Shown piece by piece: positions 9,610-17,486 of a stretch of 24,000 nucleotides of DNA; positions within the stretch are counted from its first letter, which is position 1, and each line of letters starts with the position of its first letter. Origin of the DNA: Brochothrix phage BtpYZU04. The stretch is from the sequence record PP504779.1. The stretch is one strand, 5' to 3'. The notes beneath the pieces are model-generated. The model worked only from the letters and a program-made list of their open reading frames with translations. It had not been told where the DNA came from and ran no database searches. The position numbers were made by a program, and so were the translations under genes.

Positions 9610-9882
9610 TTATTTTGCTCGCAAACGTCTGATAAGTTTGCTTGCAGTTGTTGTTGTGATACTTGTTAACACTGTACCGCTGAGTGCGGGGTCTAGCCCT
9701 ACTAACTCAGTCTCTAAATCCGTACTGTTTTTAGTGAGTAGCGTCGTGATGTAGTCTTGTTGCTTGCTCGTTGCTAGTTTAGGCATTGCCTTCTCATAGA
9801 GGAAGTCAATTCCTTCAATCTGAGAAGCGCTCGCACCCTCAACTGCTTTTTCGTAAGCTTCATCTAAGTTTATGATAATCAC
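9610..9882 (-). CDS. Hypothetical protein
   Basis: ORF of 90 aa downstream of a consensus promoter. Confidence 0.65.
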   Translation of the reverse strand: MIIINLDEAYEKAVEGASASQIEGIDFLYEKAMPKLATSKQQDYITTLLTKNSTDLETELVGLDPALSGTVLTSITTTTASKLIRRLRAK

Positions 9883-9893
9883 CTCCTAAAACA

Positions 9894-9922
9894 ACTATAA
9901 CAAATACAAACTACTATGTCAA
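9894..9922 (-). promoter_or_regulatory. Sigma-A-like promoter
   Basis: Minus strand TTGACA-N17-TATAGT. Confidence 0.8.
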
Positions 9923-9950
9923 CATTTAATTTTGAAAGGTGGAATAAAAA

Positions 9951-12191
9951 TTGGCTGATTTCAAAACTAACGTGCCTTTATGGGGCAACAAAGGAACTAA
10001 ACCGTCTGACGGGTTACTAAAGGACGGTTACGCTCCGAATGATAGACCAACAGCACAAAACACTAACTTTATGTACAATGCGTTTTCTAACGCAATTAAA
10101 GAGGTACAAGACAACGTCCCGCTAGAAGCAAATATATTAAAGAAAACAGGTGACGTTATAGGAGGCACCATTCTAAGCGCACCAAAACAGCTTAAGTATA
10201 GTATAAACAAGGGTAACGCTAAGGTTCAGGGTAACGTGAACCGATTTTCTGATGTGTCTGGTGACTCTAAAATCACAATTACTATTCCGAAAGATGTTGT
10301 TATTCCGGGAAGACAAACACTTGTTTTTTCTTTCTTACACTCATTCAAAGGCGGAGTAATTAACCTTGACTTCTCGTCTACTTATGTGTCTGACTTTGCA
10401 ACAACTAACACAGATAATATCAAAAATGACGAATACCGTAAAGTAAGGTTATCTTTCACGCTAGGGGCGGGTGCTCCATATGAAGACATCGTCATAGTAA
10501 TGAGTGCGAGGGAAGGTAACTTGTACTCATGTGAAATCGTAGAGGACTTTGTTACATCGGGGTTGATTGGTGTTCCCTATTCTCTTAAAGCAGACTCTTT
10601 GATTGCCTTGGACGAAGGGGCTATGCTACCTAAAGAGACACTTCCTAAACTGGACTGTAATACTGTACGAACACCTTACATTGGTTACACCACTAACGCA
10701 GTTAATGCGCCTCAAGGAGAGAAACTCGGTACTTTGATGGTGTTCGTTACAGCAGAGACAAGTAAACTAACTCAAGTGTTTACTGGTAACACGTCGGGAA
10801 AAGTGTATTATAGGATGATGAACATTGCGAATACATTTTCTAGTTGGGCAGAAGTTCTAACCGGTTCTGCTCTTGCAGATGCGTTGACAAATTATACAAC
10901 GAAAGAGGACCTTAAAAAAGCGACAGCAGGTATGCTAACAGAGGAGTCTGCAACGAATTGGCAGAAATTTAAAGTGACCCAAGATAATGGTTCTCGTGTA
11001 AGACTTGCAGATGGCACTGATTTATTAACTCTTACAACAGGTTACTACGAAGTATCTAAGTGTAAAAACAGTCCATTCTCTGAAACTGAGGCAAGTTGGA
11101 AAAATATAGATGTTGTTGAGGGTATTGCGGGTCGTAAAATGTTGCGATTGACAGTATCGAGGGAGGGTTCAACATTTTACAAAACACTACACACCAATGG
11201 TAATGGTGGACGAGACTGGTGGCAAGTTGCTGATGCAACCGCTACACAAAACAATAAAATCACTGCTGATAATGGCGCACCATTGTATGATTTAGCTTCT
11301 AGTAAGGATATTTTTGCGGAAAGTGCCTCTTGGGGAGACGGTTTTGTTACGTTTTATCTCTCAGCGGGCGCAAAAAATAACCCTGCTGGTAGTTCTTCTT
11401 GGGTGCGAGGGACAGTTAATTTTTATGGTAAAAATGGTAACATTTTAGCTTACGATAAAGTTGGAGCGATGTACACAGTTGTTTGCGCCAACGGCATTTG
11501 GGGTGATTGGAAGAGTATAGCAGACACGTCTGTTACTCAAAACTTTAAAGTCACAAATGATGACGGGTCAGCTATTACAATTAAAAATTACGATTTACTT
11601 AATACGACTGATGCCTCTAACTTTGACGGTTACTCTAACACTACAATCAATATGCCTGCCGGTGTACATAAGTCAGGATATATTAAGCGTAAGATTCGAG
11701 AAGGTTTCATTGAGGTAACGTACAGTCCTTACAACCTAAATACTGTATACCGTAACTCATATAATCCAGAAACCAAAGTTTGGACGGGTTGGGAGAAACT
11801 AGCTACCGCATCCGAAGTGTCCGATATCACTCCTGTTTTGCTATGGGAGGGCTCAGCTAACGGTGCAGGGACAAAAACCTACCCCCTAAAACAAGATGTA
11901 ATGAGCTTCTCTAAGATTAAGATAACACATTACAGTGGGGTACTCCAAAATGCCGTGTCAGAATATGCTGTACCTGCCACAATCGGTGATTTTTGGAACT
12001 GTATACTGTCTCCTACTACTAACCTAACGGATGCAAGAGGGGACAACCCTACAATCTACGAGGTTGCGATTAGGTTCAATAACACCTCTTTTATGATTGA
12101 AAGGGATAACAAGTACGACTTCGCTACATCTAAACCTACACTAAACGCCAATCAGGCATACATCACTAAAATAGAAGGAGTGAGGAAGTAA
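9951..12191 (+). CDS. Tail fibre / receptor-binding protein with pyocin-knob-like repeats
   Basis: 746 aa. N-terminus resembles a virion-attachment region. Repeated blocks such as GTLMVFVTAETSKLTQVFTGNTSGKVYYRMMNIANTFSSWAEV and KSGYIKRKIREGFIEVTYSPYNLNTVYRNSYNPETKVWTGWEKLA are typical of knob domains. Confidence 0.75.
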   Translation: MADFKTNVPLWGNKGTKPSDGLLKDGYAPNDRPTAQNTNFMYNAFSNAIKEVQDNVPLEANILKKTGDVIGGTILSAPKQLKYSINKGNAKVQGNVNRFSDVSGDSKITITIPKDVVIPGRQTLVFSFLHSFKGGVINLDFSSTYVSDFATTNTDNIKNDEYRKVRLSFTLGAGAPYEDIVIVMSAREGNLYSCEIVEDFVTSGLIGVPYSLKADSLIALDEGAMLPKETLPKLDCNTVRTPYIGYTTNAVNAPQGEKLGTLMVFVTAETSKLTQVFTGNTSGKVYYRMMNIANTFSSWAEVLTGSALADALTNYTTKEDLKKATAGMLTEESATNWQKFKVTQDNGSRVRLADGTDLLTLTTGYYEVSKCKNSPFSETEASWKNIDVVEGIAGRKMLRLTVSREGSTFYKTLHTNGNGGRDWWQVADATATQNNKITADNGAPLYDLASSKDIFAESASWGDGFVTFYLSAGAKNNPAGSSSWVRGTVNFYGKNGNILAYDKVGAMYTVVCANGIWGDWKSIADTSVTQNFKVTNDDGSAITIKNYDLLNTTDASNFDGYSNTTINMPAGVHKSGYIKRKIREGFIEVTYSPYNLNTVYRNSYNPETKVWTGWEKLATASEVSDITPVLLWEGSANGAGTKTYPLKQDVMSFSKIKITHYSGVLQNAVSEYAVPATIGDFWNCILSPTTNLTDARGDNPTIYEVAIRFNNTSFMIERDNKYDFATSKPTLNANQAYITKIEGVRK

Positions 12192-12553
12192 TGTATCTAT
12201 CCCTTAATGAGGACAATGAGATATTAGGTTACGCTATAATAGGAGGTATCGAGGGCGGTATACTAGTAAGTGACGCCCTTCTTCCTAAGTTAGTACAGTT
12301 TCGCTCACGTAAATACCTGTATGTTAAGGATTATTATACAGGTGAGGAGGACATCGTATTTAATGTTGATTGGGTGGACCCGTGGGATAGTGAGGGGTTT
12401 TTCGTAGCTCCTACTACCCCAAGCAACAAAGAGTTAGCAGATGAACTGGAAAACGCCAAGAAAACAATAGAACAGCAACAGGCGATACTTAACTCGTTAG
12501 CGTCTACCATAATAAAACAGCAACTAAACACAGAAGATAAGGAGGACAAGTAA
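12191..12553 (+). CDS. Small tail-module accessory protein
   Basis: ORF of 120 aa translationally coupled to the fibre gene; C-terminal coiled coil. Confidence 0.6.
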   Translation: MYLSLNEDNEILGYAIIGGIEGGILVSDALLPKLVQFRSRKYLYVKDYYTGEEDIVFNVDWVDPWDSEGFFVAPTTPSNKELADELENAKKTIEQQQAILNSLASTIIKQQLNTEDKEDK

Positions 12554-12735
12554 TGCTATACGTATACGCTATAAGCCAAGATATAATTACAATAGATGAC
12601 GCCCGTGAAGGTCTTAGACGAGGGTTTACGACTGAGTACGATTTTAGAAAAGGCGTAGAGGATGAGATGATTACAGGCTCGCAATACGAACAAGTTGTTC
12701 AAAAACCCTACATCGCAACTGTGGATGGGGCTTAA
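12553..12735 (+). CDS. XkdX-like small tail-module protein
   Basis: 60 aa; position and ITIDDAREGLRRGFTTEYDFRKG-type sequence. Confidence 0.45.
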   Translation: MLYVYAISQDIITIDDAREGLRRGFTTEYDFRKGVEDEMITGSQYEQVVQKPYIATVDGA

Positions 12736-12776
12736 TTCCTGTTATATTATAATAGACATGAAAGGATGATTCACAC

Positions 12777-13901
12777 ATGGTAAAAGAAATAGTACACTAC
12801 GTTACCCGTGGCGTCGCAGGCGCACGAGGTTACAAACCTAAAGGCGTTGTTATCCACAACACTTGGGATAACAGTTCAGCACAATCTCACATCGAAAGAC
12901 TTCGTAAGATGACACCTGCGCAACTAGAGGCAGGCTTCGCTCACGTTTTCGTAGATGAGAAGGATGCTGTTTGGGTAGAAAACCCTGCTAACAAGGCATG
13001 GCACGTAGCCAACACAGATGGTAATGCTAACTACATCGGTATAGAAGTAAAAGGTAACCGCTCAACTCCTAAGGGTGTGTTCTTAGCATCAGAGAAGAAT
13101 GCGTTCATCGTTGCCTCTAAGGTGTTGAAACAAAACGGGCTTACACCTAACAGAAGTACGGTAAGGTTACACAGTGAGTTCTCATCAACAGAATGTCCTA
13201 AACGTTCTATGATTGAGCATTGTGGTTACGATAGCACGTACGCACAACCAGAGGCTGTTAAGAACAAGTTGAAGGATTACTTTATCGCACAGATTAAAGC
13301 TGTTAGTGGTACGTCAACAAGCCCAGCTAATCCTAGCAAACCAGCACCATCTAAACCAGCACCAAGTAATTCTAAGTACTACGAAAAAGCGCCTGCTAAG
13401 GTTAAACTTACCAAAGCTACCGCTCTTCGTAAAATCAATGCGGTTAACGGAGCTGACTGGGATAAGAAAGAAAATATCCTAGACACTTACAAAGCGGGTA
13501 CTGTGTTTGTAATCACAGGTATGAAGAAATCTAGTGGTGGTACACCTCGTCTAGTTACTCAAAGTGGCTTCTTACTAACTGCTAACAAAGACTACGTGGT
13601 GGATGTAGCAGAGGCATCTAAACCTGCCCCTGCAAAACCAGCCCCGGCTCAACCGTCAGCAGGTAAGCTTAAAGCGCAGAAAGGTACGTTCACTGCTAAT
13701 ACTACTGTCGCTATAAAGTATACTCCAAAAGTTAGTGCAACGCAAGTCGCAAAACTAACTCCCGGGGAAAGTGTTATCTACGACGGCTACATCGAGTCTG
13801 ATAATCACATCTGGGTGAGGTACCTACGTAGTAACGGAAAGTACGCTTACGCATGTGCACGTGATGCTAAGACTAACAAAGCCTTCGGTACATTCAAATA
13901 A
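12777..13901 (+). CDS. Endolysin: N-acetylmuramoyl-L-alanine amidase with SH3-like cell-wall-binding domain
   Basis: GVVIHNTWDN, HVFVDEKDAVW, AWHVANTDGNANYIGIEV, RLHSEFSSTECPKRS, an Ala/Pro/Lys-rich linker, then an SH3b-like GKLKAQKGTFTANTTVAIKY..GESVIYDGYIESDNHIWVRYL. Confidence 0.9.
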   Translation: MVKEIVHYVTRGVAGARGYKPKGVVIHNTWDNSSAQSHIERLRKMTPAQLEAGFAHVFVDEKDAVWVENPANKAWHVANTDGNANYIGIEVKGNRSTPKGVFLASEKNAFIVASKVLKQNGLTPNRSTVRLHSEFSSTECPKRSMIEHCGYDSTYAQPEAVKNKLKDYFIAQIKAVSGTSTSPANPSKPAPSKPAPSNSKYYEKAPAKVKLTKATALRKINAVNGADWDKKENILDTYKAGTVFVITGMKKSSGGTPRLVTQSGFLLTANKDYVVDVAEASKPAPAKPAPAQPSAGKLKAQKGTFTANTTVAIKYTPKVSATQVAKLTPGESVIYDGYIESDNHIWVRYLRSNGKYAYACARDAKTNKAFGTFK

Positions 13902-13903
13902 CA

Positions 13904-13944
13904 AAAAAAGAACCTACCTTAATTGGCGGGTTCTTTTTTTTTGT
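13904..13944 (+). terminator. Terminator, potentially bidirectional
   Basis: AAAAAAAGAACC...GGGTTCTTTTTTTT immediately after the endolysin. Confidence 0.85.
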
Positions 13945-14027
13945 TATCGTTTTTCAATATCAGGAATTAGCGCACTTGGTTTCATTGTAATCTTAAAATG
14001 GTACTGGCTTGCTTTATGCCACTCCAT

Positions 14028-14267
14028 TTACGCATTATGTGTTCCCTCCACTTTACGATTCTCTCGGTCTTTTGTACGTTTGTCTTGCCACATGATAGCC
14101 TCATCAATCTTAGTTATTGTCATAGCGTTCTCACGTGAAGGAAACTGTTTGTTAAGCTCAGTCAGTCGTTCTTTAGCAACCTCAAGAACATCGTTAATCT
14201 GAGCTCCATTCACGCCTTCGTCTTTAACTGTGCCGTCCTGCCACTTAATCTTAATATGTTTTTCCAT
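14028..14267 (-). CDS. Small hypothetical protein
   Basis: ORF of 79 aa, RBS GGGGAG. Confidence 0.6.
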   Translation of the reverse strand: MEKHIKIKWQDGTVKDEGVNGAQINDVLEVAKERLTELNKQFPSRENAMTITKIDEAIMWQDKRTKDRENRKVEGTHNA

Positions 14268-14308
14268 GTCTATCTCCCCTTTGTTTTAATTGATATGCCT
14301 AAGCATTA

Positions 14309-14381
14309 TACCTCATGTAGGACTCGAACCTACGACCTCTCGAACTAATGCCAAGTGCTCCACCGACTGAGCTAATGAGAT
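14309..14381 (-). tRNA. tRNA with non-canonical anticodon loop CATTAGT; nominal anticodon UUA, identity unresolved
   Basis: Acceptor ATCTCAT/ATGAGGT, D arm GCTC..GAGC, anticodon stem CTTGG/TCGAG, T arm GTAGG-TTCGAGT-CCTAC; 73 nt. Confidence 0.75.
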
Positions 14382-14468
14382 GTATTAGAGGGTACGGACA
14401 TACCCTCTAACTAAAATTATATGATGTAAGTAAAATTTGAATTTTGCGACGATGAAAGGTCATCGCAA

Positions 14469-14538
14469 TTTATCTGGGAGGAATTGAACCTCCATTAACG
14501 GGTGACGACCGTTGCTTTACCGGTTAAGCTACAGATAA
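14469..14538 (-). tRNA. tRNA-like, nominal anticodon GUC (Asp) with C at position 33
   Basis: Acceptor TTATCTG/CAGATAA, D stem GCTT/AAGC, anticodon arm AACGG-TCGTCAC-CCGTT, T arm GGAGG-TTCAATT-CCTCC; 70 nt. Confidence 0.65.
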
Positions 14539-14613
14539 TGAGGTGACTAACCTCAACCTTATTGAATAATGAATCTTTCAAACTAAATTAATGTTTTATG
14601 TGGCTACACACAA

Positions 14614-14687
14614 CGCCCCGAACAGGACTCGAACCTGTAACTTTCAAATTAGAAGTTTGATACTCTATCCGTTTGAGTTACCGGGGC
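14614..14687 (-). tRNA. tRNA-Arg(UCU)
   Basis: Complete cloverleaf: GCCCCGG/TCGGGGC, TCAAA-CTTCTAA-TTTGA, ACAGG-TTCGAGT-CCTGT. Confidence 0.9.
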
Positions 14688-14774
14688 AGGAGTTGGTAGG
14701 GATGACCCCCTACAAACTTGAAAAATAAAAAAAGTATTTGATGTTGTTTGTGCAACGTATCGCACTCGTTGCAA

Positions 14775-14846
14775 TGCCCTTGAGAGGAATCGAACCTCTA
14801 GCTAACCCTTAGGAGGGGTCTGTTTTATCCGTTAAACTACAAAGGC
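14775..14846 (-). tRNA. tRNA-Arg(CCU)
   Basis: GCCTTTG/CAAGGGC; GACCC-CTCCTAA-GGGTT; AGAGG-TTCGATT-CCTCT. Confidence 0.9.
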
Positions 14847-14861
14847 TTATCTTACACACTA

Positions 14862-14890
14862 AGTGTAACATGTGTGCAAGAGGTTGTCAA
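14862..14890 (-). promoter_or_regulatory. Sigma-A-like promoter for the tRNA group
   Basis: Minus strand TTGACA-N17-TACACT directly upstream of tRNA-Arg(CCU). Confidence 0.8.
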
Positions 14891-14894
14891 CACT

Positions 14895-15110
14895 TTAACG
14901 CTTATTTTTTTTTAATAGGTCTATAATGAAATCATCAGCTCCTACTGCTACTGCTACAGTAAATACAACGAGAACAGTAACACACATTAGTATAGGTAAA
15001 ATAGCAGGAAGAAGCACGAACCACCAACTAATACCTATAAAACCCATTAGCTTTAATACGACTAAAACTGACATTAGAAGCATAGCTACGCCATTAGTAG
15101 TTATTTTCAC
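14895..15110 (-). CDS. Small membrane protein
   Basis: ORF of 71 aa with two hydrophobic segments. Confidence 0.6.
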   Translation of the reverse strand: MKITTNGVAMLLMSVLVVLKLMGFIGISWWFVLLPAILPILMCVTVLVVFTVAVAVGADDFIIDLLKKNKR

Positions 15111-15370
15111 AAGACACCTCCTATCTGAGGGTGGTTATCAGCGTTACTTATCTCTAGGATACGCACGTCTACAACATGAGCATCAGTAACGTTAGACGTC
15201 AAATCATTGCTATAGGTGCCAAGGTACCTCTCTAGTAACGTAGGTAGGTCCCTATAAGACACGACAACTTTTTCAAGGTCTTTATAGTCAGCTCTTTTAC
15301 GGTATACGATAATGTCTCTATTTGTTTTCTTTGCACTTTTTACAATCTCTTCAAACTGTTTCATATTCAT
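15107..15370 (-). CDS. Small hypothetical protein
   Basis: ORF of 87 aa overlapping the 14895 gene start. Confidence 0.6.
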   Translation of the reverse strand: MNMKQFEEIVKSAKKTNRDIIVYRKRADYKDLEKVVVSYRDLPTLLERYLGTYSNDLTSNVTDAHVVDVRILEISNADNHPQIGGVL

Positions 15371-15684
15371 ATACTAACGCCCTCCTTTAATTTTAAGTAG
15401 TAAAAAACAGGTTTGCTGTTTATACTCAGAAACCTGTCTAAAAAGAGTCGTCTACCCCGTGACACGGTCACCATACACCGTACGTGACTTCTTGTAGGTA
15501 GACTTTTGGTGAGCCTTTTTAAGAGACTGCGGTTACTAGTACGTAATCTCCGCTCTATGTTATGTAGCAAGTAAGACCTGTACAACCTTGCTACGAGGTG
15601 CGCACCCTCTATGTTTTAAGCGTACACCAACCTACTACCAGAGATGCCTAAACACCTCTGTGTAGAGCGATGCGAGGATTCAAT

Positions 15685-15747
15685 TGAAGGAGGTAGGACT
15701 TGAACCTACAAAAGCACCTTACCGATATGCCGAGCGACTACCTCTCC
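15685..15747 (-). tRNA. Truncated tRNA-like element
   Basis: T arm GTAGG-TTCAAGT-CCTAC and an acceptor-like GGAGAGG/CTCCTTC pairing (6 of 7), but only about 31 nt in between. Confidence 0.35.
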
Positions 15748-15758
15748 ATAGATATATA

Positions 15759-15831
15759 AAACAAGGATAGGGTTTGCACCTATATCTGGGGCTTAAAAGG
15801 CTCCCTGCTCTACTAATTGAGCTACCTTATC
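15759..15831 (-). tRNA. tRNA-Lys(UUU), divergent
   Basis: Acceptor GATAAGG/CCTTGTT, D arm GCTC..GAGC, anticodon loop CTTTTAA (one A/C mismatch in the stem), T arm ATAGG-TGCAAAC-CCTAT with unusual T loop. Confidence 0.7.
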
Positions 15832-15861
15832 TCTCTTTTCATGGCTAGGGTGGTTAGCCAA

Positions 15862-15934
15862 TGGACCCTGTAGGACTTGAACCTACGCAAACCCTGTTAT
15901 GAGCAGGGGGCTCTACCAACTGAGCTAAGGGTCC
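15862..15934 (-). tRNA. tRNA-Met-type (CAU)
   Basis: GGACCCT/AGGGTCC, CCCTG-CTCATAA-CAGGG, GTAGG-TTCAAGT-CCTAC. Confidence 0.9.
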
Positions 15935-16011
15935 TAAAGCGGTAATTCCGTTAGTTTATCTTTTTTTTACACCTCCCGTTATCTCGCAAGACACAGAGGC
16001 TTCGGTAATTA

Positions 16012-16196
16012 TACGATAGACAAGGATTTGCACCTTGCACGTGTGGAGTTCGGTTTTTACACCTTAAGTTTTTATACAGGAAACGCCTGAACTCGGAGCT
16101 GACTTGTTTAACAGTAATTGAGTTTTACGGCTACAGCCTTGTGCCAACCACACTATAAGAGCTATCCTTTAGCGTCTACTATTCCGCCACTATCGT
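16012..16196 (-). ncRNA. Oversized (185 nt) Leu-tRNA-like element
   Basis: Perfect 7-bp acceptor ACGATAG/CTATCGT, class II-like TGGCGGAATAGTAGACGC, and GCAAGG-TGCAAAT-CCTTGT; about 135 nt between. Confidence 0.45.
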
Positions 16197-16273
16197 AGAG
16201 TGGTAAGACCATAATAACCCACTCACGCACGTCTGCGATTATTTCAAGCCTCCTGTTACGGGCTTAGGAAGTA

Positions 16274-16396
16274 TGTGATAGGAGAGGATTTACACCTCCC
16301 ATGCGTTGATTTTATTCGAGTGATTAACCTACACGGCATACGTTCCGTTTCAGCACAACGCCACTCAAGAGTGTCTACTTATTCCACCACTATCAC
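16274..16396 (-). ncRNA. Oversized (123 nt) Leu-tRNA-like element
   Basis: Perfect 7-bp acceptor GTGATAG/CTATCAC, class II-like TGGTGGAATAAGTAGACAC, and GGGAGG-TGTAAAT-CCTCTC. Confidence 0.5.
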
Positions 16397-16824
16397 TAGG
16401 CTACCACTGTCCTCTCCGTAAATATGAAAGGTGTGTTATTAGCCCCTTTAAAAAGAAACGACGGTCTCGATGAAGACCCTTCTAGTTTTGTCAGGTTCTA
16501 GGAACCTGTTTCATGGGTTACTGGTGTGCGCCTGCCGGTCTGTGGTCCGACATTAGAATTAACTTTTAAGAGCACCCTTTACCTAGATTTTTTCGTTGCT
16601 CGCCCAACCACACTAGTCTGAAAACCTAGCATTAGTTCCAAGTTTTAACGTTGTCCGCCAACTCTCAATGTTAACACCGAGATGAAAAACAGAGGTTTTT
16701 GTCGCCTGCCGACTACTGGCACCCGAAGTCCAGTGAGTATCGGATTTTTATGTTGCTTGAACAACCTTGCTGACCATTATGTCCAGCTCTGCCTGCGAGT
16801 TGATAACGTGTCTAGTCACGGTAG

Positions 16825-16897
16825 GTGAGGAGGAAGGACTCGAACCCTCGATTCCCAGCTTATGGGGCTGGTGAGATGACCACTTCACTACTCCTCG
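16825..16897 (-). tRNA. tRNA-like, nominal anticodon CAU with C at position 33
   Basis: GAGGAG/CTCCTC acceptor, anticodon arm CCAGC-CCCATAA-GCTGG, T arm GAGGG-TTCGAGT-CCTTC. Confidence 0.7.
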
Positions 16898-16907
16898 TTA
16901 ATAAAAC

Positions 16908-17486
16908 GTTAAGGTCCTTACTCAGTAACCGTAGGGTGTTTTAATCCTACTTTCAATTCTTACAGACATTATGCTATACGCTCAAAGGGTCTGAGTATGG
17001 AAGAGCTACTCCCCTACTTCCCTTTGCTATTACATGCGTAACCTACCTCAATGAGTAGTAACTTTCACCCGGACGTTCAGAGTATTGTCCTATTATATCG
17101 GATTGCTTTTTAAGGCGCTGAATTGGGCTACTTGTACCATCACCACGTTATCTCAGACAGGGTTAGTGTCCTTCTCAGCAAAGCGCTTGGTTGGGTTACC
17201 TTCCGCTACGTTAGCTCCCACTAACGCCGTTAAGGCTTATCCCTCACAGAGGTGTCTATTATACGCTAAACGAGTGATGTGCATTATCCTAGGAACTGTC
17301 CATGTACCGCTCACCTCTACTGGCGTTTTTAGCACCAGTACCCTTGCCTCTCTCGATTTAAGGAAACCCTTTCTAGAAGCTATCACTACTAGTCTTGATA
17401 TGAGTAGTTATGCGACGGTACCCTTGCTTGCTGTCTTAAAGCAATTCTGCACAAGGTTCCTACGGTTACCGAGTAAGGACCTTAAC
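16908..17486 (-). ncRNA. Large structured noncoding RNA, candidate ROOL/GOLLD-like giant RNA
   Basis: 28-nt inverted repeat 16908-16935 / 17459-17486 pairs completely (one G.U) in the minus-strand RNA. It starts about 15 nt downstream of the expected start site of a consensus promoter. No plausible ORF; internal hairpins; adjoins tRNA genes. Confidence 0.8.

Noticed and set aside
14926-15189. Plus-strand 87-aa ORF
   Set aside because: Antisense to two small minus-strand ORFs that have better start context and packing.
15367-15585. 72-aa Arg-rich ORF as a confident gene
   Set aside because: Composition looks like translated noncoding sequence, and strong hairpins overlap and follow it; kept only as a question.
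16012-16396. tmRNA or selenocysteine tRNA
   Set aside because: The 13-bp acceptor/T stack is reminiscent of tRNA-Sec, but no UCA anticodon arm, tmRNA tag ORF or typical G-Ala acceptor features were found.
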